In this document: positions 63,102 to 64,000 of the stretch, piece after piece
Layout: every line of letters starts with the position of its first letter
How positions within the stretch are numbered: position 1 is the first letter of the stretch
From: Antedon mediterranea
Taxonomy: Eukaryota; Animalia; Echinodermata
Assembly: GCF_964355755.1 (NCBI RefSeq)
Contig: NC_092671.1
Span: 1,240,001-1,304,000, forward strand
Length of the DNA stretch: 64,000 nt
Reading direction: 5' to 3'
Notes under the pieces: generated by a model
Seen by the model: only the letters and a program-made list of their open reading frames with translations
Told to the model about the DNA's origin: nothing
Databases searched by the model: none
Position numbers and translations under genes: made by a program

Positions 63102-64000
63102 GACGAGGATCCTTACAATATAAGAATATTTAATTTCATCAGATGTTCATTTGGTAGTATATATCACTTACACACCAACTTTCATGATAATTATATTTAC
63201 TTGTTTACATGAATGTTAAATTAAGTAGAGAACATTAGTTATTTATGGAAGTAAATCAGGCTTTGTTAATAGATGGAACATGTAAAAAATGTTTACTTAG
63301 TTTATTCATGGAGATAAAATTCTATCTTCATTTTTATTGATATAAAAACTGAAATAATGCAATATGGAAATGATAACAACAAACTAACTCCATATGGATA
63401 CCATCTGCTTTCAAGTAATTGATAATTATTTGATTAATATGTTTAATTAATAACTATTAAAATCGGGAACTTTAACAGTAAACAAGTTTACCTATTACTG
63501 AAAAATGAAAAAGGAAGGTTTATAATAATAATGCAACATTTATATAGTCGGCGCTATTTTGTGAAGATCAGAGTGCCTTGTTACAAATTATCTAGACTCT
63601 GGACAAGAAATAGGCTAACCAAATAAAACAACTAAGAGGATTCAAACACCACCACACTGTTCCTCTGGATAGTATTCACAAATGCTTACTACCTACAACC
63701 TACTATCTATCGGAAATAAATCATTTCTACAGTGCAAATGGCTATGATGTATTCTCTGAAAACTGGAAACTCTCCCTAAACAAGACTTTTCTCAAGGCCT
63801 AAAAGGTTCCGAATTCTTTCTTACAAAAAAAAGCCGGAATACAAGACTTTCTGGAAAACCAGACATAATAGATTGTCGTAGAACGAGCTATATTATGTTC
63901 AGCTAACTGATAGATATATTTTTGTACATACATCATTGGATGCAGTTTGTAGTGGAATGGCCTACATCCATATGGATTATTTTGCATAAATATATATTTT

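Overview
AT-rich animal genomic DNA with spliceosomal introns, probably an invertebrate deuterostome (inferred from a Deu-domain SINE and a NEU2/3/4-type sialidase). Most entries in the ORF track are spurious. Two genes face each other tail to tail. (1) A + strand GH33 sialidase with six coding exons at 6582-22761, all joining in frame; its first coding exon was not resolved. (2) The 3' part of a - strand neuron navigator gene (NAV/unc-53/sickie) with 14 core exons at 38510-27525, then more than 25 kb of apparent intron up to the window end. The most interesting observations are a duplicated alternative C-terminal NAV exon that would swap the C-terminal PDZ-type motif, an intronic segment complementary to that exon, further candidate NAV cassette and first exons, decayed copies of the NAV C-terminus in its 3' UTR, and three ultrashort CA...TG palindromes with 7-bp target duplications that resemble P-element excision footprints. 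Transposable elements include a non-autonomous Helitron, a Harbinger-type element, several MITE families, tRNA-derived SINEs and LINE remnants, plus several minisatellites. No CRISPR array, rRNA or genuine tRNA was found, and there is no evidence for a new multi-gene system. Coordinates were read by eye.
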